The notes: generated by a model from the sequence alone, not told the origin. DNA of 63,371 nt, filler included, from Octopus bimaculoides (GCF_001194135.2; 4 parts of 4 records of this genome joined end to end with filler, not necessarily neighbours in it), one strand, 5' to 3'. Shown: positions 51,214 through 63,316, counted from the first letter of the whole stretch. A program made the numbers and translations.

Positions 51214-52104
51214 GCAATGGTGGTGACAGCGGTAGTTCTGGTTGCAGCGATGTGAGCGAAGGAGGTGGAGANNNNNNNNNNNNNNNNNNNNNNNNNNNNN
51301 NNNNNNNNNNNNNNNNNNNNNNNNNNNNNNNNNNNNNNNNNNNNNNNNNNNNNNNNNNNNNNNNNNNNNNNNNNNNNNNNNNNNNNNNNNNNNNNNNNNN
51401 NNNNNNNNNNNNNNNNNNNNNNNNNNNNNNNNNNNNNNNNNNNNNNNNNNNNNNNNNNNNNNNNNNNNNNNNNNNNNNNNNNNNNNNNNNNNNNNNNNNN
51501 NNNNNNNNNNNNNNNNNNNNNNNNNNNNNNNNNNNNNNNNNNNNNNNNNNNNNNNNNNNNNNNNNNNNNNNNNNNNNNNNNNNNNNNNNNNNNNNNNNNN
51601 NNNNNNNNNNNNNNNNNNNNNNNNNNNNNNNNNNNNNNNNNNNNNNNNNNNNNNNNNNNNNNNNNNNNNNNNNNNNNNNNNNNNNNNNNNNNNNNNNNNN
51701 NNNNNNNNNNNNNNNNNNNNNNNNNNNNNNNNNNNNNNNNNNNNNNNNNNNNNNNNNNNNNNNNNNNNNNNNNNNNNNNNNNNNNNNNNNNNNNNNNNNN
51801 NNNNNNNNNNNNNNNNNNNNNNNNNNNNNNNNNNNNNNNNNNNNNNNNNNNNNNNNNNNNNNNNNNNNNNNNNNNNNNNNNNNNNNNNNNNNNNNNNNNN
51901 NNNNNNNNNNNNNNNNNNNNNNNNNNNNNNNNNNNNNNNNNNNNNNNNNNNNNNNNNNNNNNNNNNNNNNNNNNNNNNNNNNNNNNNNNNNNNNNNNNNN
52001 NNNNNNNNNNNNNNNNNNNNNNNNNNNNNNNNNNNNNNNNNNNNNNNNNNNNNNNNNNNNNNNNNNNNNNNNNNNNNNNNNNNNNNNNNNNNNNNNNNNN
52101 NNNN

Positions 52105-52150
<46 letters not shown>

Positions 52151-52723
52151 TATATATATGTATATGTATATCTATATATATACATACATGCATATATATA
52201 TTTATTTATATACATAGTTAAATAGACAGATAGCTCTAGATATATACACATACGTACATCTATGTATGTGTGCATGTATATATAAACGTGTGTGTATATA
52301 TATATGTATATATATATAGATAGCTATTTGTATGTATACTTGTATATATATACATATACGCATATAGATAGATACACACACACACATATATAATACATAC
52401 ACACACACATATATAAATATGTATTAAATTAGTACATGTGAACATAGATATTCCTGTGTTTGTGAATATAATTATACAACTCTATCTATCTATCTATCTA
52501 TCTATTGTATATATACTTTTACACATCCCCAAAAACACCCGATCAGAAATATCTCTGCACATACAAACATACACAGGTTTCCGAAAACAGTGCTATATTA
52601 TACAATATACATATTGCCATATGCTTCTTTCTGTAGTCACCCTCGTATACAAATACAACCACGAGAACACACACATTCATTCACAGACTAATATATATAT
52701 ATATATACACTCATATACACACT

Positions 52724-53010
52724 CAGCTCTTCAATGCCCTGCCAAAACATTTGAGAGACATGCAAGACATGGATGCGGGGGTCTTCAAGACAAAACTTGA
52801 CGCTTTCCTCTCCACGATACCAGACGAACCAATGGCTCGTAATGAGACGCAGTTTAGGGCAGCGATGTCAAATTCTCTTATACACCAGATGTGCCATCAA
52901 AACTCTTGATTGGACCATATCAGGTGAGGGAGAAGAGCCATGCAAGGAACGTGAAGAGAGCACAGCATAAAGACGGAAAATCACGGTGGTGCACCAGCAT
53001 GACCGCAGCC
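52724..53010 (+). mobile_element. CR1/L2-group LINE 3' end (ORF end plus 3' UTR)
   Basis: Open frame 52724-52909: QLFNALPKHLRDMQDMDAGVFKTKLDAFLSTIPDEP..RAAMSNSLIHQ*. The UTR ends GGTGGTGCACCAGCATGACCGCAGCC at a gap. Confidence 0.82.
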
Positions 53011-53836
53011 NNNNNNNNNNNNNNNNNNNNNNNNNNNNNNNNNNNNNNNNNNNNNNNNNNNNNNNNNNNNNNNNNNNNNNNNNNNNNNNNNNNNNNNNNN
53101 NNNNNNNNNNNNNNNNNNNNNNNNNNNNNNNNNNNNNNNNNNNNNNNNNNNNNNNNNNNNNNNNNNNNNNNNNNNNNNNNNNNNNNNNNNNNNNNNNNNN
53201 NNNNNNNNNNNNNNNNNNNNNNNNNNNNNNNNNNNNNNNNNNNNNNNNNNNNNNNNNNNNNNNNNNNNNNNNNNNNNNNNNNNNNNNNNNNNNNNNNNNN
53301 NNNNNNNNNNNNNNNNNNNNNNNNNNNNNNNNNNNNNNNNNNNNNNNNNNNNNNNNNNNNNNNNNNNNNNNNNNNNNNNNNNNNNNNNNNNNNNNNNNNN
53401 NNNNNNNNNNNNNNNNNNNNNNNNNNNNNNNNNNNNNNNNNNNNNNNNNNNNNNNNNNNNNNNNNNNNNNNNNNNNNNNNNNNNNNNNNNNNNNNNNNNN
53501 NNNNNNNNNNNNNNNNNNNNNNNNNNNNNNNNNNNNNNNNNNNNNNNNNNNNNNNNNNNNNNNNNNNNNNNNNNNNNNNNNNNNNNNNNNNNNNNNNNNN
53601 NNNNNNNNNNNNNNNNNNNNTAGTCACCCTCGTATACAAATACAACCACGAGAACACACACATTCATTCACAGACTAATATATATATATATATATGCATA
53701 TGTGTGACGTATACATACACACACACACACTGGTCGTGTGCATACGTGCATATATATGTATGTATACGTTCGTATATGTAAGTATACTGTATGTTTATAT
53801 ATATATATATTTGTATTTATGTGCTTTTCTGAGTGT

Positions 53837-53896
53837 ATTCCACTGATGAAGGCAAAGCATTTTATTATGCAAAGCCAGAAATCCGGGATCTGGAAT
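53837..53896 (+). ncRNA. Type-I hammerhead ribozyme motif, copy 1
   Basis: ATTCCA-CTGATGA-A-GGC-AAA-GCA-TTTTATTA-TGC-AAA-GCC-A-GAAA-TCCGGGA-TC-TGGAAT. Helix I 6 bp, helix III ATCC-G-GGAT, AUC triplet ending at 53890. Confidence 0.8.
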
Positions 53897-54764
53897 TATC
53901 CAGTATTTTTGCTAGTTTATTTTATCTTCGTCTTCGCTCTTCGTGCTATATGAACATTTATTGTGGTTTAGAGTCAAGATTTGACTGCTATTTTTCAGCG
54001 TGGCGGTATCTCTTAGATACCCTATATTATAATTTTAAATTTATATATATATGTATAGGTATATATATGTATGTATGTATGTATATGTATGTATATTATG
54101 TATAATCCTCTTTCAGCCATTGCGCCTTTTCTGATTCATTTGGATCACGTGGGCTGATAATTTGTCCTGATCATATTTAAGACTTAAAATGTCGATGGGA
54201 TTTGGAATTTGAAATCAGAAGTCAAAGAACGTGCAGTGCATCTGGCCACTCGTCGTTAACAATTTTGTGTTGAGCTGGAAGGACAAAGCTGCGTTCAACC
54301 GGATACGAACTCAGAACGTAGAGATCCGGAACCAATGCCACGAGTATTTTAACCAAAGTTCTAATAACTTTGCATATAAGAGTGTATGTGTGTGTGTGTG
54401 TGTTTGTATGTGTACTGGAAGCGAGAGAGAAAGAAGAGAGAGAAAATAGAGAAATACCGAAAGCTAGATAGTTACACACAGACACACACACATTAATTCT
54501 TTTACATATAACTATAAATATGGATTTATACATATATACATATAAATATATGTATACCCACGTGTATGTACACACATATATATATACTCTAATATACACA
54601 TGTATATATACATATGTACAAATGAATATATATATATTTATTTGAATGTGTGTGTGTGAATTATCGCACACATGTCTATGCAATTAAATATATATGAATA
54701 CATGTATGTGTCAATATAGGCACAAACATACATTTATATATGTGTGTGTATGTANNNNNNNNNN

Positions 54765-54796
<32 letters not shown>

Positions 54797-54848
54797 ATAA
54801 ATATATATATATATCTATGTATATGTATATAAATGTAACTATACATAT

Positions 54849-55097
54849 GTGGTTTTGTTAAGCTGTGTCGAGTTTTACAATTCTGTAAATAATAATGGCA
54901 TTTTTTGTAAGCTTAAAGCTTATAGCGATCACCTTGCAGACGACTAAGGAAAATAGTCTAATAATGGGGCATATAAGCCCTCTTATTATTTTTTTTAGTC
55001 ATTTGCACGGTGATCCCTATATGCATTAAGCTTATAAAAAAAACACCATTATCATTATATACAGATTTGCATAACTCGACACCGCTCAACAAAACAA
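54849..55097. mobile_element. Centrally deleted second copy of the 10767-11186 fold-back MITE
   Basis: Shares GGTTTTGTTA..TTTTACAAT.CTGTAAATAATAAT..GACTAAGGAAAATAGTCTAATAA..GCATATAAGC and remains palindromic. Confidence 0.85.
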
Positions 55098-55290
55098 TAT
55101 ATAATATACATGTATATATATATATCTCTGCATATATATATATATATATGCATATGTGTGACGTATACATACACACACACACACTGGTCGTGTGCATACG
55201 TGCATATATATGTATGTATACGTTCGTATATGTAAGTATACTGTATGTTTATATATATATATATTTGTATTTATGTGCTTTTCTGAGTGT

Positions 55291-55350
55291 ATTCCACTGA
55301 TGAAGGCAAAGCATTTTATTATGCAAAGCCAGAAATCCGGGATCTGGAAT
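55291..55350 (+). ncRNA. Type-I hammerhead ribozyme motif, copy 2 (identical to 53837-53896)
   Basis: Same sequence; AUC triplet ends at 55344. Confidence 0.78.
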
Positions 55351-57136
55351 TATCCAGTATTTTTGCTAGTTTATTTTATCTTCGTCTTCGCTCTTCGTGC
55401 TATATGAACATTTATTGTGGTTTAGAGTCAAGATTTGACTGCTATTTTTCAGCGTGGCGGTATCTCTTAGATACCCNNNNNNNNNNNNNNNNNNNNNNNN
55501 NNNNNNNNNNNNNNNNNNNNNNNNNNNNNNNNNNNNNNNNNNNNNNNNNNNNNNNNNNNNNNNNNNNNNNNNNNNNNNNNNNNNNNNNNNNNNNNNNNNN
55601 NNNNNNNNNNNNNNNNNNNNNNNNNNNNNNNNNNNNNNNNNNNNNNNNNNNNNNNNNNNNNNNNNNNNNNNNNNNNNNNNNNNNNNNNNNNNNNNNNNNN
55701 NNNNNNNNNNNNNNNNNNNNNNNNNNNNNNNNNNNNNNNNNNNNNNNNNNNNNNNNNNNNNNNNNNNNNNNNNNNNNNNNNNNNNNNNNNNNNNNNNNNN
55801 NNNNNNNNNNNNNNNNNNNNNNNNNNNNNNNNNNNNNNNNNNNNNNNNNNNNNNNNNNNNNNNNNNNNNNNNNNNNNNNNNNNNNNNNNNNNNNNNNNNN
55901 NNNNNNNNNNNNNNNNNNNNNNNNNNNNNNNNNNNNNNNNNNNNNNNNNNNNNNNNNNNNNNNNNNNNNNNNNNNNNNNNNNNNNNNNNNNNNNNNNNNN
56001 NNNNNNNNNNNNNNNNNNNNNNNNNNNNNNNNNNNNNNNNNNNNNNNNNNNNNNNNNNNNNNNNNNNNNNNNNNNNNNNNNNNNNNNNNNNNNNNNNNNN
56101 NNNNNNNNNNNNNNNNNNNNNNNNNNNNNNNNNNNNNNNNNNNNNNNNNNNNNNNNNNNNNNNNNNNNNNNNNNNNNNNNNNNNNNNNNNNNNNNNNNNN
56201 NNNNNNNNNNNNNNNNNNNNNNNNNNNNNNNNNNNNNNNNNNNNNNNNNNNNNNNNNNNNNNNNNNNNNNNNNNNNNNNNNNNNNNNNNNNNNNNNNNNN
56301 NNNNNNNNNNNNNNNNNNNNNNNNNNNNNNNNNNNNNNNNNNNNNNNNNNNNNNNNNNNNNNNNNNNNNNNNNNNNNNNNNNNNNNNNNNNNNNNNNNNN
56401 NNNNNNNNNNNNNNNNNNNNNNNNNNNNNNNNNNNNNNNNNNNNNNNNNNNNNNNNNNNNAATATATAATATACATGTATATATATATATCTCTGCATAT
56501 ATATATATATATATGCAGCTATCTCATTGTACGCGGATGTAAGTGTATATTGCCATTCTTGTGCACGTATAGCAATGTTCTTGTGCACGCATGTATGTAT
56601 GTGTGGTGTGTGTGTGTGTGTATGCGTGCGCCTGTGTCTATAAGTGATTGTGTAATGAGCGCTGTGTTAACAGGTTGGTGTGATCCTCATCAGGTTTTAA
56701 GAATCAAAGTGTTAAGAACTGCACGAAGAATTGCTCCTACCAATTTCCATTGGTGCCATATGTAATTGAACATTGTACATTCAAAACGGTTCTGCTTTTC
56801 AACATAATGGTGTAGGCTTGAAGAGAGTACCTCACCATAATTGTTTCACGATAGCTGAATGGGAAGCCTTTTTTTCTTCTTCTTCAATAGTTGTTGCTGT
56901 TATTGTTGTTGTTGTTGTTCTTCTTCTTCTTCTTGGTAGGAGTGGTTTCCCTGTTGTTGTTGTTGTTGTTGTTGTTTCAGCTTCTTAAGAAATACACCAC
57001 ACAAGTGCTGATACAGTCTTGCTCTCTAGCAGCGCTATTAACGCGACACGAAATCTACTTCAAGGAGGCGGGAAGAGAAAATAAACATGGCAATTGCCAG
57101 GGAAAATTAATAACGATAATAATGATAATAATAATG

Positions 57137-57225
<89 letters not shown>

Positions 57226-57271
57226 GATAATAATAACGACAATAATAATAATAATAATGATGATAATAATA

Positions 57272-57316
<45 letters not shown>

Positions 57317-58398
57317 GAAATAAAAATNNNNNNNNNNNNNNNNNNNNNNNNNNNNNNNNNNNNNNNNNNNNNNNNNNNNNNNNNNNNNNNNNNNNNNNNN
57401 NNNNNNNNNNNNNNNNNNNNNNNNNNNNNNNNNNNNNNNNNNNNNNNNNNNNNNNNNNNNNNNNNNNNNNNNNNNNNNNNNNNNNNNNNNNNNNNNNNNN
57501 NNNNNNNNNNNNNNNNNNNNNNNNNNNNNNNNNNNNNNNNNNNNNNNNNNNNNNNNNNNNNNNNNNNNNNNNNNNNNNNNNNNNNNNNNNNNNNNNNNNN
57601 NNNNNNNNNNNNNNNNNNNNNNNNNNNNNNNNNNNNNNNNNNNNNNNNNNNNNNNNNNNNNNNNNNNNNNNNNNNNNNNNNNNNNNNNNNNNNNNNNNNN
57701 NNNNNNNNNNNNNNNNNNNNNNNNNNNNNNNNNNNNNNNNNNNNNNNNNNNNNNNNNNNNNNNNNNNNNNNNNNNNNNNNNNNNNNNNNNNNNNNNNNNN
57801 NNNNNNNNNNNNNNNNNNNNNNNNNNNNNNNNNNNNNNNNNNNNNNNNNNNNNNNNNNNNNNNNNNNNNNNNNNNNNNNNNNNNNNNNNNNNNNNNNNNN
57901 NNNNNNNNNNNNNNNNNNNNNNNNNNNNNNNNNNNNNNNNNNNNNNNNNNNNNNNNNNNNNNNNNNNNNNNNNNNNNNNNNNNNNNNNNNNNNNNNNNNN
58001 NNNNNNNNNNNNNNNNNNNNNNNNNNNNNNNNNNNNNNNNNNNNNNNNNNNNNNNNNNNNNNNNNNNNNNNNNNNNNNNNNNNNNNNNNNNNNNNNNNNN
58101 NNNNNNNNNNNNNNNNNNNNNNNNNNNNNNNNNNNNNNNNNNNNNNNNNNNNNNNNNNNNNNNNNNNNNNNNNNNNNNNNNNNNNNNNNNNNNNNNNNNN
58201 NNNNNNNNNNNNNNNNNNNNNNNNNTTCATAGATAAAAAGAAAAAAAAAACAAGTATTGTTTATGGCCCCTTTAATGTGGCTGTCCTCTAAGTAATGACG
58301 ATACTGCCATTTAACCCCAGGAAGATATCTCCTGCAGCTGGTTTATCCAGTGCGCTCCTTGCAAGTGGGAGATAACTCCTGCCACCTTAGCGCCAAGA

Positions 58399-58445
58399 CC
58401 ACCAGACCACGTGGTTTCATCTGTATTGGATCTTCTCAGTGGTGG
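58399..58445 (-). ncRNA. Minimal type-I hammerhead ribozyme motif, core-mutated
   Basis: Minus strand: CCACCA-CTGAGAA-GATCCAATACAGAT-GAAA-CCACGTGG-TC-TGGTGG. Helix III is the perfect palindrome ACCACGTGGT; GUC triplet; G8-to-A change. Confidence 0.75.
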
Positions 58446-58491
58446 GTACTCGTTGCCAGGCATGGCAGCAGTTTACCTCGCTTGCAATATG

Positions 58492-58560
58492 CAGTAATAC
58501 CTCGCCATATCGCGGTTCACCTATCGCGGTTCACCTATCGCGGTTCACCTATCGCGGTTT
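58492..58560 (+). mobile_element. pogo/Tigger-like terminal sequence with a 14-bp unit repeated 3.7 times
   Basis: CAGTAATACCTCGCCA, then (TATCGCGGTTCACC)x3 + TATCGCGGTTT (58508-58560). Confidence 0.6.
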
Positions 58561-59410
58561 ATTATTTAAGCTTGCGTCGATTTCTCTGTGGTGTTGTTTT
58601 GCATTTATAATAAAACAAATAAATACAAATTACAAAAATAGTAAAATAAAATAAAAATAGATGAAAAAGAATCGTTAAAAAGAAATCCAGACCCAGAGAG
58701 AATGCATGAAGAACAAACGAGAGAGCTCTTCCTTTCCCTGGAAGTAACCAAGTTCAGGAATTCCACAGTTTATAGAAAACTTAAGATTTACAATGATGAG
58801 GTTGCGATAGATTTCTTGAATGGCATTCGGGAAGAGAATGGAACTGAGAAGAAAGTGGTTTAAGAGCAGATGAAATTTCAAGATCTCTTGAAGGGTAGAC
58901 TGTTATTGAAAACCATCTCAGTACTCCACGGTACCTCTAAAAGAATCAGCAACTTAACTACCAAGATAAAGCTGGGCATTTTTGTGACCGCTCCTGCGGT
59001 AGAGCTGTTTGGGGCCTGTTACAGACAAACCATTCTTCATATCATGGCATGGGTATATAAACAAATTGTCAGATTTGTGTGCTGCCCCTGATCTGAATCA
59101 ACTAGGAGGTTCGCTCTCACGTGCGCAGGGGAGCTTTCCCTGTTTGTTTGTTTTTGCTAAGGTGGGAGGAATTATCTCCTGCCAACAATAAATATCGAGT
59201 GCAAGAAGCAGATTGAATAAACCAGCTGGAGGTCATGTCTTCCCGGGGTTAAATGGCAGTATATTCATTCCTTAGATGACAACCACATTAAAGTGGCCAT
59301 AAGCAATACTTTTTGGTTCGTATACTGCTTGTATCTTGAACAGATTTTTTCTAGCGGATTAGTTTCCTAATTTCCAAAATCAGTGATTGTATGACACTAT
59401 ATTTTCTATA

Positions 59411-59455
59411 CAGTAATCCCTCGACTATCGCGGGTGTTACGTTCTGAAATCCGCG
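59411..59455 (+). mobile_element. pogo/Tigger-like terminal sequence
   Basis: TA|CAGTAATCCCTCGACTATCGCGGGTGTTACGTTC; related to 58492. Confidence 0.6.
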
Positions 59456-59459
59456 AACT

Positions 59460-59797
59460 AGAGTTCAAATTCCGCCGAGGTCGACTTTGCCTTTCATCCT
59501 TTCGGGGGTCGAAAGAGCGTAAAGACATGAAATACTGCTAAGAATTTCGCCCGGCGTGCTAACAATTCTGCTAAATAACAATCCTTTCTACTGGAAGCAC
59601 AATGCCTCAAACTTGGGGCAAGTGGGTGGCCAGACGATTACATCGAACCAGTATACAACTGGTACTTAATTTATCGACCCCCGAAAGGACGAAAGGCAAA
59701 GTCAACCTCGGCGGAATTTGAACTCAGAACGTAACAGCAGACGAAATACCGCTAAGCATTTCGCCCGGCGTGCTAACGATTCTGACAGCTCGCCATC

Positions 59798-59800
<3 letters not shown>
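59460..59800. mobile_element. SINE family B cluster: + body fragment, inverted head, full minus copy
   Basis: + 59460-59512, minus head 59513-59573, minus copy 59590-59798. Confidence 0.85.
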
Positions 59801-59881
<81 letters not shown>

Positions 59882-60405
59882 GATGCATTTAATTGGCTTC
59901 GGCAATCTGAAATCGAAACCGCATCTTTATTATCTTGAACGATAAACTCCTAACCCCGTCTTCCCTTCGCCAGCAGCTAACCTTTTGCTTCACAGCACTT
60001 TCCCCTTTTGCCATATAATTTGCACAAACCACACACACACACACAGACACACACACACGACTACATAAGTACATACACATACACACATGCATTTATTCGT
60101 TAAATAGTCAGCTCCTATAGACATGTAACCGGCGAGAAATGAAGTCCCCTTTTGTATGGACACGTCCCGAAATAACAAAACGGTTCAATAGGAGACCATC
60201 GTCTCTCTGTTAAACGGTTGAATAGCATTTCAACATATTAACACCGATTTGAAAGGCACCATATTTATTGTATATGCATACATACATACATACACACATA
60301 CATATNNNNNNNNNNNNNNNNNNNNNNNNNNNNNNNNNNNNNNNNNNNNNNNNNNNNNNNNNNNNNNNNNNNNNNNNNNNNNNNNNNNNNNNNNNNNNNN
60401 NNNNN

Positions 60406-60438
<33 letters not shown>

Positions 60439-60820
60439 CAAAACGTGACGGAGAGAGGAGGGAGAATAATGTGTGTGTGTGCATGTGTGTCTGGGAGGAG
60501 GTAAGAAGAAAGAGAGAGGGAGGGTAAAGAGAGCAAAGACAAACAAAGGTGAAGCAGAGAAAAGATTATAGACATAGTTACACACGCACACACACACGTG
60601 CGCGTGCGCTCACACACGTACATACACACAAAATATACACACACTCGCACACATGCACACACATGCACACACATGCACACACAAACACACACACACCACT
60701 TTATGAATATATACACATATACACATGCATATACATACACATATATATATGAATATATATATGTATATATGTATGTATATATATATATGCATACATGTCT
60801 GTATGTATGTATATATATAT

Positions 60821-60862
<42 letters not shown>

Positions 60863-60962
60863 NNNNNNNNNNNNNNNNNNNNNNNNNNNNNNNNNNNNNN
60901 NNNNNNTTAATTAATTAANNNNNNNNNNNNNNNNNNNNNNNNNNNNNNNNNNNNNNNNNNNN

Positions 60963-61005
<43 letters not shown>

Positions 61006-61202
61006 ATATATATGTACACACACACACACACACACACACTTACACACACATATATATGAATATCTGAATTGCATGACTGCCGTCATCTGAAGACAAGTCC
61101 TCATTTAACCGTATCTAAAAATCAAGCAAATAAATTTAATACTTTCGTTACTTGCATGATTGACTTGAGTCATTCTTCTTCCTTATCGATCTCTATCTTC
61201 AG

Positions 61203-61247
61203 GATCACTCTCCTGTTAGGCCGGCAGAGATCAATCGTTTAGAGTTT
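61203..61247 (+). CDS. Candidate 45-nt exon (DHSPVRPAEINRLEF), unidentified
   Basis: Long polypyrimidine acceptor TCATTCTTCTTCCTTATCGATCTCTATCTTCAG| and donor |GTAAGA; phase 0-0. Confidence 0.3.
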
Positions 61248-61329
61248 GTAAGAAGAACTCCTTTCCCCCGGATTTAAATCTGAAGCTGATGAAATTTTGC
61301 AATAAACCCTATAATTACTGATTTTAAAT

Positions 61330-61540
61330 TTTGGCACAAGGCCAGCAACTCTGGGCTGGGGGACGGGGTAAGTCGATTACATCAACCCCAGTGTTTCACT
61401 GGTATTTAATTTATAGATCTCGAAAGGATGAAAGGCGAAGTCGACCTCGGCGGAATTTGAACTCAGAACGTAGTGATAGGCGAAATATCGCTAAGCATTT
61501 TGTCCGGCGTGCCAGCGATTCCGCCATCTTGCCACCTTAA
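61330..61540 (-). mobile_element. SINE family B, full length
   Basis: TTGGCACAAGG..GAAAGGCGAAGTCGACCTCGGCGGAATTTGAACTCAGAAC..GGCGTGCCAGCGATTCCGCC. Confidence 0.9.
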
Positions 61541-62375
61541 CTACATACAAAATAATACTGTTAAACATAATGTTTTTTTATTCACATTCGTTTGAATAAA
61601 TCATGCGCGATCTCGTAGCTTTGAGATTTCGATGATTCGATGATGCAGTTCTATATTTTTAGAATGACAGTATTTGTTAGGTGTGAGAGGCCGAACCTGG
61701 TATATTTCAACATAGAACGTAGAATATTTGGACCGGATACGGCCGATGGAAATACAAATGAATTACAATATCCTTTACTCGCCCAGCACAGNNNNNNNNN
61801 NNNNNNNNNNNNNNNNNNNNNNNNNNNNNNNNNNNNNNNNNNNNNNNNNNNNNNNNNNNNNNNNNNNNNNNNNNNNNNNNNNNNNNNNNNNNNNNNNNNN
61901 NNNNNNNNNNNNNNNNNNNNNNNNNNNNNNNNNNNNNNNNNNNNNNNNNNNNNNNNNNNNNNNNNNNNNNNNNNNNNNNNNNNNNNNNNNNNNNNNNNNN
62001 NNNNNNNNNNNNNNNNNNNNNNNNNNNNNNNNNNNNNNNNNNNNNNNNNNNNNNNNNNNNNNNNNNNNNNNNNNNNNNNNNNNNNNNNNNNNNNNNNNNN
62101 NNNNNNNNNNNNNNNNNNNNNNNNNNNNNNNNNNNNNNNNNNNNNNNNNNNNNNNNNNNNNNNNNNNNNNNNNNNNNNNNNNNNNNNNNNNNNNNNNNNN
62201 NNNNNNNNNNNNNNNNNNNNNNNNNNNNNNNNNNNNNNNNNNNNNNNNNNNNNNNNNNNNNNNNNNNNNNNNNNNNNNNNNNNNNNNNNNNNNNNNNNAA
62301 GGATTATCAATTTATTAATTAATAAATCAATTAACAATTAATAATTTTTACCAAGCCCTTTGTGAGTTACAAGTG

Positions 62376-62455
62376 ATGCTATCTGTGGGATTCTCAGCTT
62401 TTTAGCTGCTATTTCTGAACTTCGGTATATGGTGAAGCAAATATCTGCTGATCCC

Positions 62456-62457
<2 letters not shown>
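62376..62457 (+). repeat. Second copy of the repeat seen at 1973-2056
   Basis: TGCTATCTGT..TTTTAGCTGCTATTTCTGAACTTCGGTAT.TGGTGAAGCAA..TGCTGATCCCTT. Confidence 0.85.
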
Positions 62458-62535
<78 letters not shown>

Positions 62536-63055
62536 CAAGAGAGTACTTTGTCGGTTAATATACAAAAACACCGTCGACGGTTTAGAGGTTTACAGAAAAA
62601 TCGAATCAATGTTGAAAAAAAAAACTGAGGTTTCCAGTATTTCATGTATCGCAAGGAGGGGAAACATTTGATTTTAATGTGCAGACGGTGGATGTAGACA
62701 TTAAATTAAATTTATCACAATATATAGCTGGTACTTTATTTTATCGACTTCTTTCGCCGCTCCCTCCCTTCCCTCCACCCAGAATGTGGAGCCTCAAAAA
62801 TCGACCTGGGCGGGATTTGAAGTGAGAACGCGAAGCGATGACAATAAAGTTGTTATGTTCTCGTTTTCTGTATTTCTTTCCTTTGTTTGTTTGTTTCTTT
62901 CTGCTAACCACCGCCCTCATAAACGTACGTACATACATACATACATACATACATACATACATAAATACATAGACACATATACACATACATGCATACAAGC
63001 ATATATATGTGTGTGTGTGTGTGTGTATGTGTATGTATATATATATATGTGTGTG

Positions 63056-63086
<31 letters not shown>

Positions 63087-63166
63087 ATATATATATATAT
63101 ATATATGAATATATTATATACACACACACACACACATATATATATNNNNNNNNNNATATATTATAT

Positions 63167-63203
<37 letters not shown>

Positions 63204-63316
63204 CACATATATATATATACACATATATATATGTTTATATGTACATAAATACATATTTGTATGTGTGTATATATATATATACATATATATATACATAAAT
63301 ACATATATATACATAA

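Larger units (their letters stand above)
53680..55476 (+). repeat. ~340-bp exact direct duplication (53680-54022 = 55134-55476, offset 1454), within nested gap-flanking duplications
   Basis: Also 52634-52706 = 53621-53693 and 55096-55150 = 56461-56515. Confidence 0.9.
58253..59310. mobile_element. ~1.06 kb structure bounded by imperfect long inverted repeats (58253-58391 / 59156-59310), probable PLE pLTR pair
   Basis: AGTATTGTTTATGGCCCCTTTAATGTGG..ATACTGCCATTTAACCCC..CAGCTGGTTTAT reappears as its reverse complement; the left arm is preceded (minus strand) by an HHR. Confidence 0.75.

Noticed and set aside
54215-54260. ERAVHLATRR, ankyrin-like peptide
   Set aside because: Immediate stop, and it borders a degenerate SINE-B copy.
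59800-59880. (AAT)n immediately followed by (ATT)n, forming a palindrome (also 22021-22095)
   Set aside because: Explained by adjacent microsatellites of opposite polarity; no specific function can be supported.
61140-61206. Minus-strand CTGAAGA..GAAA
   Set aside because: No helix II, III or I pairing.
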